Shown: positions 1 through 8,540, counted from the stretch's first letter. The stretch: DNA of 35,807 nt from a virus (IMGVR_UViG_3300035491_000275:1-35807), one strand, 5' to 3'. The notes: generated from the letters alone by a model not told the origin. Translations and numbers: made by a program.

Positions 1-57
1 AAGGAGATTGAGGTCTCGTGTATATTGCTCTTTTGGCAATACGAATGGATTTTCCAT
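1..57 (-). CDS. Partial CDS running off the window; probable N-terminus of a phiKZ gp50-like DNA polymerase subunit
   Basis: ATG at 57 with GGAG upstream reads MENPFVLPKEQYTRDLNLL. The NPF..Y.RDLN start and the position downstream of the PhuZ block resemble phiKZ-like DNA polymerases as I recall them. Only 19 codons are visible. Confidence 0.5.
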   Translation of the reverse strand, partial: MENPFVLPKEQYTRDLNLL

Positions 58-130
58 GAGAACGACTCCGTTATTTATCTCTGTTCATACTAGAGGTCGC
101 TCTATTTTTTAAAGACAAGAAAAAAAATAA

Positions 131-160
131 AGACAGCACCATCATCAGATGGTGCTGTCT
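131..160 (-). terminator. Intrinsic terminator
   Basis: Stem AGACAGCACCATC/GATGGTGCTGTCT with an A-tract at 118-130 on the + strand, which is a U-tract on the minus strand. It overlaps the stop of 145..591. Confidence 0.75.
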
Positions 161-591
161 ATGACGTACATGAATGCATTCTGAGGTTCAGATACATATA
201 CGTCAACCAGCTTACCGGATTGACGTAATATGGTCAGAATATCTGACATCCCTACTGGTGTGAGGTCGCTATTAAGGAAACTAACCATTTCATCTAGGAT
301 GTTATCAGCAATATCAGTACCGAATGCTTCGATGCAGGTGTCGTAGATATCTTCACTGAAACCTACGTCGTATAATTCCTCGTGGATCAATAACTCTACC
401 ATAGTGGTGATTGAGAATATCGCATCCACAGTATCAAGATACATAGCGTTTGGTTGCTGGTCTACCGCCACTATGTCATTGACCATCTCTATGAATGTCT
501 CGTAGAGACCAACGAAGTCAGCGTCATATGGGTAGATAAACGTGATGCGTGAGGACCGTTTAAGCCTCGATGGTAAACTCGTCAATGCCAT
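145..591 (-). CDS. Small acidic hypothetical protein (array member)
   Basis: 148 aa ORF overlapping its upstream neighbour; N-terminal strand ITFIYPY and C-terminal hairpin LVDVYV...FMYVID. Confidence 0.75.
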   Translation of the reverse strand: MALTSLPSRLKRSSRITFIYPYDADFVGLYETFIEMVNDIVAVDQQPNAMYLDTVDAIFSITTMVELLIHEELYDVGFSEDIYDTCIEAFGTDIADNILDEMVSFLNSDLTPVGMSDILTILRQSGKLVDVYVSEPQNAFMYVIDSTI

Positions 592-949
592 TTTGAAGAA
601 GCGCCTGTCTCACTGTAGTCTCGGTAGACAGTGTCTTACGTTTGATACGTACGACCAGGTCTTGTTCAGATACCACTTCCATGGAATTTAAGTCGATCCA
701 CGGCACACCCAATACCTCGGTCGCTCCTGTGGTATAGGCGACCTTGATGTACATGTAAAGTGACGCGCTAGCTGGAAGGTCTGGTATTTGTCCCTGAAGA
801 CGAGTGTGTTTGGCACGGACGTCGTCAAATAACAAGGCGGTACTGAGATCCAATACCGCTGTTACAGTCACATTCTTACGACTACCGCCAAGAACTGCTG
901 GCGCCAAGGTGTTGAAATTAACGGTCTTACCGATGAAATCGGTGATCAT
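560..949 (-). CDS. Conserved phiKZ-like hypothetical protein (beta-rich, possibly SH3-like)
   Basis: 129 aa with GAGGA upstream. The motifs GKTVNF..LAPAVLG and GVPWID resemble a conserved jumbo-phage family (recalled, not searched). Confidence 0.75.
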   Translation of the reverse strand: MITDFIGKTVNFNTLAPAVLGGSRKNVTVTAVLDLSTALLFDDVRAKHTRLQGQIPDLPASASLYMYIKVAYTTGATEVLGVPWIDLNSMEVVSEQDLVVRIKRKTLSTETTVRQALLQNGIDEFTIEA

Positions 950-953
950 AACT

Positions 954-1250
954 CTAATCCTCTATAAACAGAACGAATGACCCTTCTACGTCAATCATTT
1001 CGACGTCACACACAATCAGGCCTTTCAGGACACTGGTACTAGAGTCACTAATGACACGCATCAGATGTTCTTCGTTGATGAATTCAGAATCGGGCACAAC
1101 TTTACCTACAGCTGAAAGAATTAGATTACGAATATATCGTTTTATTTCTTCGCTGGGGATGTCCGACTCCACCGGGTTGTCTGGATCGAGATGGTAGGCA
1201 ATCTCAACCAACAATTCTTCGACCCATGGAAGGTGATGGATGATGATCAT
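954..1250 (-). CDS. Small acidic hypothetical protein (array member)
   Basis: 98 aa, AAGGT upstream, tightly packed in the operon. Confidence 0.75.
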   Translation of the reverse strand: MIIIHHLPWVEELLVEIAYHLDPDNPVESDIPSEEIKRYIRNLILSAVGKVVPDSEFINEEHLMRVISDSSTSVLKGLIVCDVEMIDVEGSFVLFIED

Positions 1251-1254
1251 GGAT

Positions 1255-1590
1255 TTACCTTATTGATACCGCCAGAACACCCTCCGGATCGTCAAACGCC
1301 ACATGTGTTATACAGCGATTGCCGAGATGGGTGACAGTGCGATCGATCGCACAATACAGGTTTGTAATGGCATTACGCAAGGCTATGAAATCATCCTCAC
1401 TCTCTTTAACTGTTGGTGGGAAAAGCATGCCGCAGTATTCGTCGACATGGGTCATTTTCTTTTTCACCCAGTCAGGATAGAGTAGGTAGATTTCATCGAT
1501 GTCGTACGAATGATCCATGACCTGAGTCAGGTCATCGATGAAACATTGGTGTTGTTCAGAAAACTGAATCAGGACGATTGTGTCATCCAT
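1255..1590 (-). CDS. Small acidic hypothetical protein (array member)
   Basis: 111 aa, overlaps the upstream stop. Confidence 0.75.
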   Translation of the reverse strand: MDDTIVLIQFSEQHQCFIDDLTQVMDHSYDIDEIYLLYPDWVKKKMTHVDEYCGMLFPPTVKESEDDFIALRNAITNLYCAIDRTVTHLGNRCITHVAFDDPEGVLAVSIR

Positions 1591-1978
1591 CTGATATTCT
1601 CACTATAATCATAGCCTCGATTGGATCGAGGTGCATTAGCGTCACCATGGTCGAATCACAATTCCAAGATTGTAGTCGCAGACCATATTCTTCAAAAGCA
1701 TAGGTGAAAAAACTGAAAGCCTCTTCTACATCCAGGCGGGTCTTCAACCTATCTCGGCTATGATAAGTAGTACGAACACGCTGCCACCAGCGCAATGTCT
1801 GTTCGAGTTCTTCAGCTATATTGTTGCAGATGAGACCTCTCAGGACCGTGGTAGCGGCGACTCTATAGAGCTCTAGCAATTCGTCACTAATCGTCATCCT
1901 CGGAATCGGAATAGTCACTAAAACGGAATTCGATTGACATGTCATCGTAGTCGTGACTGAGCTTAACTCTGGCCTCAT
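1583..1978 (-). CDS. Hypothetical protein (array member); true start may be the ATG near 1945
   Basis: 131 aa ORF that fills the gap in a packed operon. Confidence 0.65.
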   Translation of the reverse strand: MRPELSSVTTTMTCQSNSVLVTIPIPRMTISDELLELYRVAATTVLRGLICNNIAEELEQTLRWWQRVRTTYHSRDRLKTRLDVEEAFSFFTYAFEEYGLRLQSWNCDSTMVTLMHLDPIEAMIIVRISDG

Positions 1979-2276
1979 AGAGAAAATCCTTAGTCAGATC
2001 CTTAACAATCGCGTAAATATCATTCACCACTTCTTGGAACAGTGAGAGAATCTTTACCGAGTCTGACTGATCATATTTACCGGATATTTCCGGGTTTGAC
2101 GGAAGTCTGTCGTGGAGCAAGTCATTGAGAGCTGATGTGATTGCAACTTCAATTTCACCATGTGTAAGCTGAAGACTGGCTGCTACATCAGTTATCTTTA
2201 ACGAGAACTCTCCATTCGTTGGTGTGTTGAAAATCACGGTGATCTTCGCTTGCAAAGAGTCCGAGTTCGTCTCCAT
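1887..2276 (-). CDS. Small acidic hypothetical protein (array member)
   Basis: 129 aa with acidic tail SDYSDSEDDD; overlaps both neighbours. Confidence 0.7.
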   Translation of the reverse strand: METNSDSLQAKITVIFNTPTNGEFSLKITDVAASLQLTHGEIEVAITSALNDLLHDRLPSNPEISGKYDQSDSVKILSLFQEVVNDIYAIVKDLTKDFLYEARVKLSHDYDDMSIEFRFSDYSDSEDDD

Positions 2277-2574
2277 GGTAGGATATCCTGATAAGGTGGT
2301 AATGGGTCATCGCGTTTTCAGCGTTGAAAACGTTGCGAGCGATGGTAATTATGTTGATGTTTTCCTCAATAAAGTACTCGACCCAGTCAATAAAAACACG
2401 ATAGTCTACGACTTCACTTTCAATGATATTCTCACAGTAGAAAGGGTCGTCAAAGACAGCATATGTCATAACGGCATAGAGAAGAGCAGAGGCACCTAGC
2501 TCTCGAACTAGACCATTGTCTAATGCGAAGCCAAATGCCTGTTCATGAGGTAATGTGAATAACATCAGCTCCAT
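2188..2574 (-). CDS. Small acidic hypothetical protein (array member)
   Basis: 128 aa, AGGT upstream of the ATG. Confidence 0.7.
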   Translation of the reverse strand: MELMLFTLPHEQAFGFALDNGLVRELGASALLYAVMTYAVFDDPFYCENIIESEVVDYRVFIDWVEYFIEENINIITIARNVFNAENAMTHYHLIRISYHGDELGLFASEDHRDFQHTNEWRVLVKDN

Positions 2575-2861
2575 GAGATATACCTATCTGACAACGTGTA
2601 ACGGTTAAGACTACCTATGTCGACAGTTGGAACAAGTTGCGCCAGTACAATGTCGCCATAGGTGTCCATCTTCTTTAACCATACCTCTGATGATGTCGAT
2701 AACTTCTCATAATCGTCGACAGACATAACCAGCAGGATGGGTCTATGGGATGCCAGGATCACCGTGACACGAAGAACCTTATAGCCGCTACGAATAAGCC
2801 ACAAGTTCTTCAATGAGTCGCCGGTATGACTCTGGGTGATAGTCGTTATTTTCTCGCTCAT
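2565..2861 (-). CDS. Hypothetical protein
   Basis: 98 aa, GAGGT upstream. Confidence 0.7.
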   Translation of the reverse strand: MSEKITTITQSHTGDSLKNLWLIRSGYKVLRVTVILASHRPILLVMSVDDYEKLSTSSEVWLKKMDTYGDIVLAQLVPTVDIGSLNRYTLSDRYISWS

Positions 2862-3252
2862 GGCGATACCTCTGTGCTAGTTCATGGAGATGGTTAGTCT
2901 CCATGCTCCTGGTCTTCTCATAGGCAAATTTGAGAACACCGTACTTATGCACATACTCGATAACTACCCCATACCCGGCGATAGCGTGGTGATCGATAAT
3001 CGAGCTGAAGTAATCAACGATCCGATCGGCATTATTGATTACTTCCAACTCACAACCCACGAATCCTTCCAAAAGGACATCGAGAAGATAGTCCTTCCCT
3101 CTGTCATTATAATCCTCTACCAACAATTCGAGTTTACGTGCAACCTTATATTCCCACGCAATCCCAGTAGCCTCTTTAAAGAGGTCTTGGATCATTGAGA
3201 ATAGTTCGTCTGCTTCAACCAGACGAATTTGTCCTTCAATTACATTATCCAC
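2788..3252 (-). CDS. Acidic hypothetical protein (array member)
   Basis: 154 aa, GTG start with a strong AAGGAGG site. Confidence 0.8.
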   Translation of the reverse strand: MDNVIEGQIRLVEADELFSMIQDLFKEATGIAWEYKVARKLELLVEDYNDRGKDYLLDVLLEGFVGCELEVINNADRIVDYFSSIIDHHAIAGYGVVIEYVHKYGVLKFAYEKTRSMETNHLHELAQRYRHERENNDYHPESYRRLIEELVAYS

Positions 3253-3280
3253 TTGACCTCCTTAATGATGTATTGTGGTA

Positions 3281-3925
3281 TTACTGTCGATTGGTAAATC
3301 TCACAATCGCGTCCTTAACCTGCTCTTTAACGAGGTCATTCGCTGTCTCGTTAATGAGTACACCGATGGTGTTTGTCAGATATTCTTCAATATCATGGAG
3401 AATATTGTCATCGACTTCATCAGCAGTCGACACATTTACCGGTAGACGACAGACACCCTTATATCGATCCAGTTGCTTCTGAAGAACCCTTACTTTCCAT
3501 TCCATCTGGTTTATGAGGTAATTGTACTTGTCACCCACGATAGTGATGACAATATTGTCATCAATAACGTTCCAGTGGAAAAGTTTATCTTTGAGCTCCT
3601 TGTCGAGAGACATCGTCTCCAATTCGAACGCTACACTAAGCTCAGTGTAGAAGTCATCTATTTCAACCAGGAAACTTTCTAGTTCGTCTTCAGAACGATC
3701 CTGTACAATATAACCCAAGTTAGTAAGAAAAGACACCATGGTGTCGCTCGGGTGTATACCGTATTGTTCATCGATGAGATGCCCAGCCAGTTGTGCAACC
3801 GTATTTCGGACACGATGATGGTCCACTTTACCATCACAGATCAATTGATGACCTCGCGGTAATCGATCAATCATTTCCTCCAACAGAGGAATCAGATGGC
3901 TAAATGAACGAATAGTGATGGACAT
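3281..3925 (-). CDS. Acidic hypothetical protein (array member with C-terminal helical extension)
   Basis: 214 aa, GGGAG upstream, TAATG coupling to the upstream gene. Confidence 0.8.
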   Translation of the reverse strand: MSITIRSFSHLIPLLEEMIDRLPRGHQLICDGKVDHHRVRNTVAQLAGHLIDEQYGIHPSDTMVSFLTNLGYIVQDRSEDELESFLVEIDDFYTELSVAFELETMSLDKELKDKLFHWNVIDDNIVITIVGDKYNYLINQMEWKVRVLQKQLDRYKGVCRLPVNVSTADEVDDNILHDIEEYLTNTIGVLINETANDLVKEQVKDAIVRFTNRQ

Positions 3926-4266
3926 TACGCTACTCCCTTGGCGAGTTTGCGGTACGTGAATATGATATACTCACGATGAACGCATACTGCGATGACATAG
4001 TGTGAAATCTGTTCTACCATGGAATTGATGAACAATCTATCAAAACGAGAGTCCTTCGATTCCAGGTAGTTTCTTATTAAGCGGTATTGGTCTTCCAGAG
4101 AAGGATAACGTTGATGCTCACTGACTACGGTGAATTTGAATTTCTCAACCAGTAAGCGTTCGACCACATATTGCCACGCAAGAGGCGATAGAGTCTGTTC
4201 AGCATCTAAGGTATCCATAACACCAGAAAACCCCACCACGAACGATTCTGGGCCTCTCAGAGGCAT
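3925..4266 (-). CDS. Hypothetical protein (array member, first gene of the operon)
   Basis: 113 aa, AGGGGA upstream. Confidence 0.75.
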   Translation of the reverse strand: MPLRGPESFVVGFSGVMDTLDAEQTLSPLAWQYVVERLLVEKFKFTVVSEHQRYPSLEDQYRLIRNYLESKDSRFDRLFINSMVEQISHYVIAVCVHREYIIFTYRKLAKGVA

Positions 4267-4347
4267 AGTCTTCCCCTATATCCCCATTATTGCAAAGAAT
4301 AGGTCTGTGTAGTTAAGTTTTACACGTTTTACTGACGAGAAAAAATA

Positions 4348-4381
4348 AGGTAGGGTAGAGGGAAATCCCTCTACCCTACCT
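4348..4381 (-). terminator. Intrinsic terminator
   Basis: Perfect inverted repeat AGGTAGGGTAGAGGGA-AA-TCCCTCTACCCTACCT followed by a U-tract on the minus strand. Confidence 0.85.
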
Positions 4382-4385
4382 GAGC

Positions 4386-4595
4386 TTAACTAAACGATGG
4401 GAAATCGTCACCAGCACCAGAACCGTTGTCGTTCAACGCAGGTCCATGAGTATAGTAGTCGTACTTCTCTTCAGGGAACTGTCCATGCCAGGAACCGAGC
4501 TTGCAGCGGTGGCACTCATAACCAGGTCCAACCTGATGGGTCGCATGAATCGAATCCGCGTTCCCACAACGTTCACATTTAAAGATATCGGTCAT
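4386..4595 (-). CDS. 69-aa putative zinc-ribbon protein
   Basis: Start revised to ATG 4595 (AAGGG upstream): MTDIFKCERCG...YECHRCKLGSWHGQF, with two CxxC pairs. Confidence 0.7.
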   Translation of the reverse strand: MTDIFKCERCGNADSIHATHQVGPGYECHRCKLGSWHGQFPEEKYDYYTHGPALNDNGSGAGDDFPSFS

Positions 4596-4605
4596 GGCAC
4601 TACCC

Positions 4606-5301
4606 TTACCAGTTGTCTTCGTTGATGACGGTGCGCAGACCATCCTCTTCACTGTTGTAAAACGCTTCCTTCTCGGTAGCCAGCTTAGCTGCTTCTTCGA
4701 TGGTGTTCGTTTCCACAATTTCGATAACGAGTGAATTCTTATCGATATATCCTTGCTGGAACTGGGTATTGTCGAACACCCCATATTCCAGCTGATGTAC
4801 GATATACTGCATAGAGTAGTCGATATCGTCACCAAACCCCACCAGGACATCTCCGTCAGGATTGGTCATAGTGAATACGCCGATGCGACGTTTCAATTCG
4901 AAGTCAGGTGAATGGACCTCATCAAGCCAGTCAGGTCGCGGGAAACGGCTGTTGTACTGATATCCATTGGTGGATTCTTCATACACCGTGATGTTCTCAG
5001 CCTCGGGCCAGAGTTGTTTGAGTTGGTCAATGGACGTTACATACGCCATAACGACCACGAACTTCTGTTCAAACGACACGATCCAATAGGGATGGTACAC
5101 CGGCCAGCAGACGGGACGAACATCGTGCAGATAGTTAGGGTTGTCCAGATGCCGGTCAGGAACCTTGGAGATGAAACCAACCCGCATCAGATCGGCGTCA
5201 CCAAATGCCTGTTCAATAATTACACGTTCGTCACTCTTGGGGACCAGACGATAGATTTCGACGCCATTGTCATCCAAGATACTGATATTTTCGTTAGTCA
5301 T
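4606..5301 (-). CDS. Hypothetical protein with a degenerate GIY-YIG-like C-terminal domain
   Basis: 231 aa, AAGGAG upstream; GVFTMTNPDGDVLVG...HQLEYGVFDNTQFQQGY follows the GIY-YIG pattern. Confidence 0.7.
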   Translation of the reverse strand: MTNENISILDDNGVEIYRLVPKSDERVIIEQAFGDADLMRVGFISKVPDRHLDNPNYLHDVRPVCWPVYHPYWIVSFEQKFVVVMAYVTSIDQLKQLWPEAENITVYEESTNGYQYNSRFPRPDWLDEVHSPDFELKRRIGVFTMTNPDGDVLVGFGDDIDYSMQYIVHQLEYGVFDNTQFQQGYIDKNSLVIEIVETNTIEEAAKLATEKEAFYNSEEDGLRTVINEDNW

Positions 5302-5312
5302 GATGAAGCTCC

Positions 5313-6131
5313 TTACTTGGTTGAATTAAAACCGATGGTGGTGGGGTTCATGGCGAACCCATAGTCGGTGAGGTTGCCGCTGAACTTGAACAATTCAGAA
5401 CGGATAACCCGCTCCATATCAGAGACGAATGAGGCGGGGTCAATAGGGACGGGGGTGGTGATATACCCGATCCTGGGTTTTCCATTGAAGACCATTTCAA
5501 CCCAGGTGATAGGTTCGATGACACTGCTGGTGAGGTTGATATACATATCCTCGTCCAACTCAGTCTTGAAATTTCGAAGTGCCACTGACCGACCGATGAC
5601 GGCAGAAAGACGGTTGGACGTTGGGATGATGTTGATGAATACGTCTGTCGGGGCAATCTGCGGAATAAATCGAAACTTAGTCGATTCCATCGCATCGACG
5701 ACGGGAGAATTAGCCTGACTGGCACCAGGGATATGTTCTGCCAGCATCAGTTGCAAGATCCGTGCTGTGATAAGTCTGTTATAGCGCGGATTAGAGTGCA
5801 GTTTTGTTTCGGATACGGTTGCGAGGTAGCCGTTGTAATAGAGGTAATACTTCCCGGCAACCAGGTTAAAGAGTTCGGAGACTGATTTCACTGGTTTTAC
5901 AGCTTTGACCGAAACATCGGTCTGATAGAATCCGGCATCCAACATAGTTCTGGTATGCTGTAACTGCTCATCAACCAGAATGAACTTGATGTGGTCCGGC
6001 GTGTCCAACCCGGAAAGAAGCTCGATCAATACGGCTTCGTTACCAGGGATTTGTCGATATGCATCTCCCATTTTAGAGAAATGCGATGCCATCCAGGCAG
6101 AGAATTGTTCAGAGCGGAGTTGTTTTTCCAT
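5313..6131 (-). CDS. Hypothetical protein (272 aa)
   Basis: Start revised to ATG 6131 (MEKQLRS) with GAAGGA upstream; lies directly downstream of PhuZ. Confidence 0.75.
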   Translation of the reverse strand: MEKQLRSEQFSAWMASHFSKMGDAYRQIPGNEAVLIELLSGLDTPDHIKFILVDEQLQHTRTMLDAGFYQTDVSVKAVKPVKSVSELFNLVAGKYYLYYNGYLATVSETKLHSNPRYNRLITARILQLMLAEHIPGASQANSPVVDAMESTKFRFIPQIAPTDVFINIIPTSNRLSAVIGRSVALRNFKTELDEDMYINLTSSVIEPITWVEMVFNGKPRIGYITTPVPIDPASFVSDMERVIRSELFKFSGNLTDYGFAMNPTTIGFNSTK

Positions 6132-6231
6132 TTTGGCGTTTCCTTCAAGGAATGGTGACCTGACATTATTGTCGTTTGGTCTATTGGTACAGCATATACG
6201 CCGTGGGTCTACCACGGCGTATATTTACTAC

Positions 6232-7218
6232 TTACAGGATGAGACCGGTGACATCGTCAACGTTGTCTTGTTCGTTGACGAAGGAGGCGATACCGCCACG
6301 GGTCTTCTTACGTTTTTCGATGTCGTCGACCTTCTGCGCCATATCGGAGATGACATGGTTGAAGGAAGCGTTCTCGATACCGAAGAACAGGCTATTGCCG
6401 GTCTGAGCATAGTCAGGCATGAAACCATCACAGCTGTACGGTACATGAGCCAATGGCTGTGGATCGTCGTGGTCGCGTTTCAGATACGCGGCGCTGATCG
6501 GGTCCTTCATTTGCTTATCAAACTGCTCGGTATCATCGAACAGATGAATACGAGCCAGGCAGGCGGGTACCGGAGTGGATTTGTTGAACTGGAAGAAGCT
6601 AACCAGATCAGCCGTATCCAGACCATGATTGCGGCGAGAAGCCAACATGGCCAGTGCAGTGATCATCAGATGAGCTTCACGATCCACAGTCGAACGTGGG
6701 GTGCCGGGTTCATTGGTGTTGTACTGGATGACGACCGGTTTACCGGTATCCTTGGCGAACTTATCCAGGGTCTTCAGGGAGCCGTAGGTGTTCAGACAGG
6801 TCTTGTCATTTTCATGGCTACCGATCACGATGCCCATGGTCAGACAATTACGCTGGAGCAGCTGGCGCATGATCAGTGGACCAGCTACCGAACCTGTACC
6901 ACCAGAGGCAGTAAAGACCACCACGTTCAGGTCACCTGGGGTGAACTTGTTCAGGATGTCGGGTACGACTTTGGCAATTTCGCTGGCATTGCTCTCACGG
7001 ATCTTGCCAGAACCATCGAGATCATCAAACAACCAAGCATTGGTCATCATGCGATCTTCCATGTTCGAGTCACTGGTGTCGATGTAGGTGACCTTGAAAT
7101 CAGCGATGTCACCGGAATGTCCATCGGCGTGATACTCTTTACCGATGTTGATCCCCCCACCCCCGCACGCAAAGATGTGGATTTGACCCTTAGGGCGGGT
7201 CGATAGTCCTGTAGACAT
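6232..7218 (-). CDS. phuZ: PhuZ phage tubulin (FtsZ/TubZ family)
   Basis: ACGGGGINIG T1 loop, IDTS, GSGK, tubulin signature ASGGTGS, LDTAD T7 loop and acidic C-terminal tail DDVTGLIL; GAGGT upstream. Confidence 0.95.
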   Translation of the reverse strand: MSTGLSTRPKGQIHIFACGGGGINIGKEYHADGHSGDIADFKVTYIDTSDSNMEDRMMTNAWLFDDLDGSGKIRESNASEIAKVVPDILNKFTPGDLNVVVFTASGGTGSVAGPLIMRQLLQRNCLTMGIVIGSHENDKTCLNTYGSLKTLDKFAKDTGKPVVIQYNTNEPGTPRSTVDREAHLMITALAMLASRRNHGLDTADLVSFFQFNKSTPVPACLARIHLFDDTEQFDKQMKDPISAAYLKRDHDDPQPLAHVPYSCDGFMPDYAQTGNSLFFGIENASFNHVISDMAQKVDDIEKRKKTRGGIASFVNEQDNVDDVTGLIL

Positions 7219-7276
7219 ATAACATTACCTCTGTTGGTTTAAGGAACAGCGCTATTTGAAGCTTTAGGCACGAGGA

Positions 7277-7306
7277 TAATGTATCCTCGAGTTTTATTTC
7301 GTTGAA
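7277..7306 (-). promoter_or_regulatory. Candidate phage promoter for phuZ (weak copy of the repeated motif)
   Basis: TTCAACGAAATAAAACTCGAGGATACATTA keeps the GAA and TACAT boxes at nearly the same spacing as the other five copies. Confidence 0.4.
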
Positions 7307-7334
7307 ATCATGTGAATCCTAAGGAGGATACCTC

Positions 7335-8162
7335 ATGTACGATTTAATTACGGTCGCTCTGGACCGCATCAAGTTCGAGATTCCGATGGAGGTATTGAAA
7401 TATACCTTTTCCCCTACCCGGTACGACCCATCTCGTAAAGGATTGATCAGAGATTATAGCACGGGTGTCAGCCTGGATATGGTCATTCGACGTCAGGTGA
7501 TTGATCCAAGAGTGATGGTGGATATCAACCTCTGCTCCGGGGTAGAAGTTTTTATCCCATTGGATCGAGTCGAGAGTGAACGTATTGACAACTGGACATA
7601 CATCTATAGGATTCCCAAAGAACTGACTCAAGGACGTAACATTACGTCAGTGTATGGGTTGTCCTATGGCGCTGGTCATACCCTGGGTAATGTGGGAGTT
7701 ATCAGTAGTGATCGATCCATGGTTCTGGAAGCTGCCGCTGGACTGATGCAGTCCAATGCAGCATGGACACAGGTACAGACTGCATACTGTACGCTGGTAG
7801 CTGAGAACACCATAATGGTCACCAATATGAACCGAGTACCAGGTATCGCCTACCTACGGTGTCTGGTGTCACATGATCCCAACTTGGCGAATATCCCGAC
7901 TCACTACTCTGAGGTGTTTAGTGAGTTGTGTACCTTGGCTACCAAAGCTTATATCTACACCAACTCCATCATCCCATTGGATGAAGGGGTGATCTCAGGC
8001 GGTGCGTCATTAGGACGTATCCGTGAGGTGGTAGACTCGTTTGCCGATGCTGGTCAGATGTACCGTGAGTTCTTGAAAGAACGTTGGCGTAAAGCAGGCA
8101 TCATGGCCAACACTGCACAACATCGACGGTTACTAAGGCATACTGTGGGAGCTCGTCGTTAA
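7335..8162 (+). CDS. Conserved phiKZ-like protein, probably virion structural
   Basis: 275 aa, AAGGAGG upstream, divergent from phuZ. IPMEVL, IPKELTQGRNI and A.KAYIY resemble a recalled jumbo-phage family. Confidence 0.75.
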   Translation: MYDLITVALDRIKFEIPMEVLKYTFSPTRYDPSRKGLIRDYSTGVSLDMVIRRQVIDPRVMVDINLCSGVEVFIPLDRVESERIDNWTYIYRIPKELTQGRNITSVYGLSYGAGHTLGNVGVISSDRSMVLEAAAGLMQSNAAWTQVQTAYCTLVAENTIMVTNMNRVPGIAYLRCLVSHDPNLANIPTHYSEVFSELCTLATKAYIYTNSIIPLDEGVISGGASLGRIREVVDSFADAGQMYREFLKERWRKAGIMANTAQHRRLLRHTVGARR

Positions 8163-8182
8163 AAAAGAAAAAAAAGAAGAAG

Positions 8183-8214
8183 ATAGGAGAGGGACCCATC
8201 GGGTCCCTCTCTAT
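8183..8214. terminator. Hairpin terminator between convergent genes
   Basis: Stem GAGAGGGACCC/GGGTCCCTCTC next to a long A-tract (8161-8180). Confidence 0.8.
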
Positions 8215-8218
8215 GCCG

Positions 8219-8389
8219 TTAGGATATTTTGCTATCACGGGATTTCTTGAGAGCATCGTATTCCGCCTGTAAGAGACGGGTCGAATCATCGACACTGTCT
8301 TTCACAGCGTCTGCTGCTTTGCACCAGACTTTGTGACCAAGGTAGGCTACAGTGCCGCCTACCAGAACACCTGCAATAAACTTACCCAT
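8219..8389 (-). CDS. 56-aa single-pass membrane protein
   Basis: Start revised to ATG 8389 (GGAGG upstream): MGKFIAGVLVGGTVAYLGHK followed by a charged helix. Confidence 0.75.
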   Translation of the reverse strand: MGKFIAGVLVGGTVAYLGHKVWCKAADAVKDSVDDSTRLLQAEYDALKKSRDSKIS

Positions 8390-8540
8390 TACGCACCTCC
8401 CGTGCAGATTGTACTGCAGATTGCGCATTGTTATAACGATCCGCCGCCTTATTCAGGCGGCGGATCTTTTCGTTACGGATATGGTTGGTAGCAGCCATCA
8501 CTCCAACATATCCTACTACAATACCAAAAAGTACTTTCAT
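8382..8540 (-). CDS. 52-aa single-pass membrane protein (not in ORF track)
   Basis: MKVLFGIVVGYVGVMAATNHIRNEKIRRLNKAADRYNNAQSAVQSAREVRNG*; AGGAG upstream, ATGA overlap with the upstream stop, and overlaps the downstream start. Confidence 0.75.
   Translation of the reverse strand: MKVLFGIVVGYVGVMAATNHIRNEKIRRLNKAADRYNNAQSAVQSAREVRNG

Noticed and set aside
5980-7206. 408-aa + strand ORF
   Set aside because: Antisense shadow of phuZ, explained by codon bias; no RBS or motifs.
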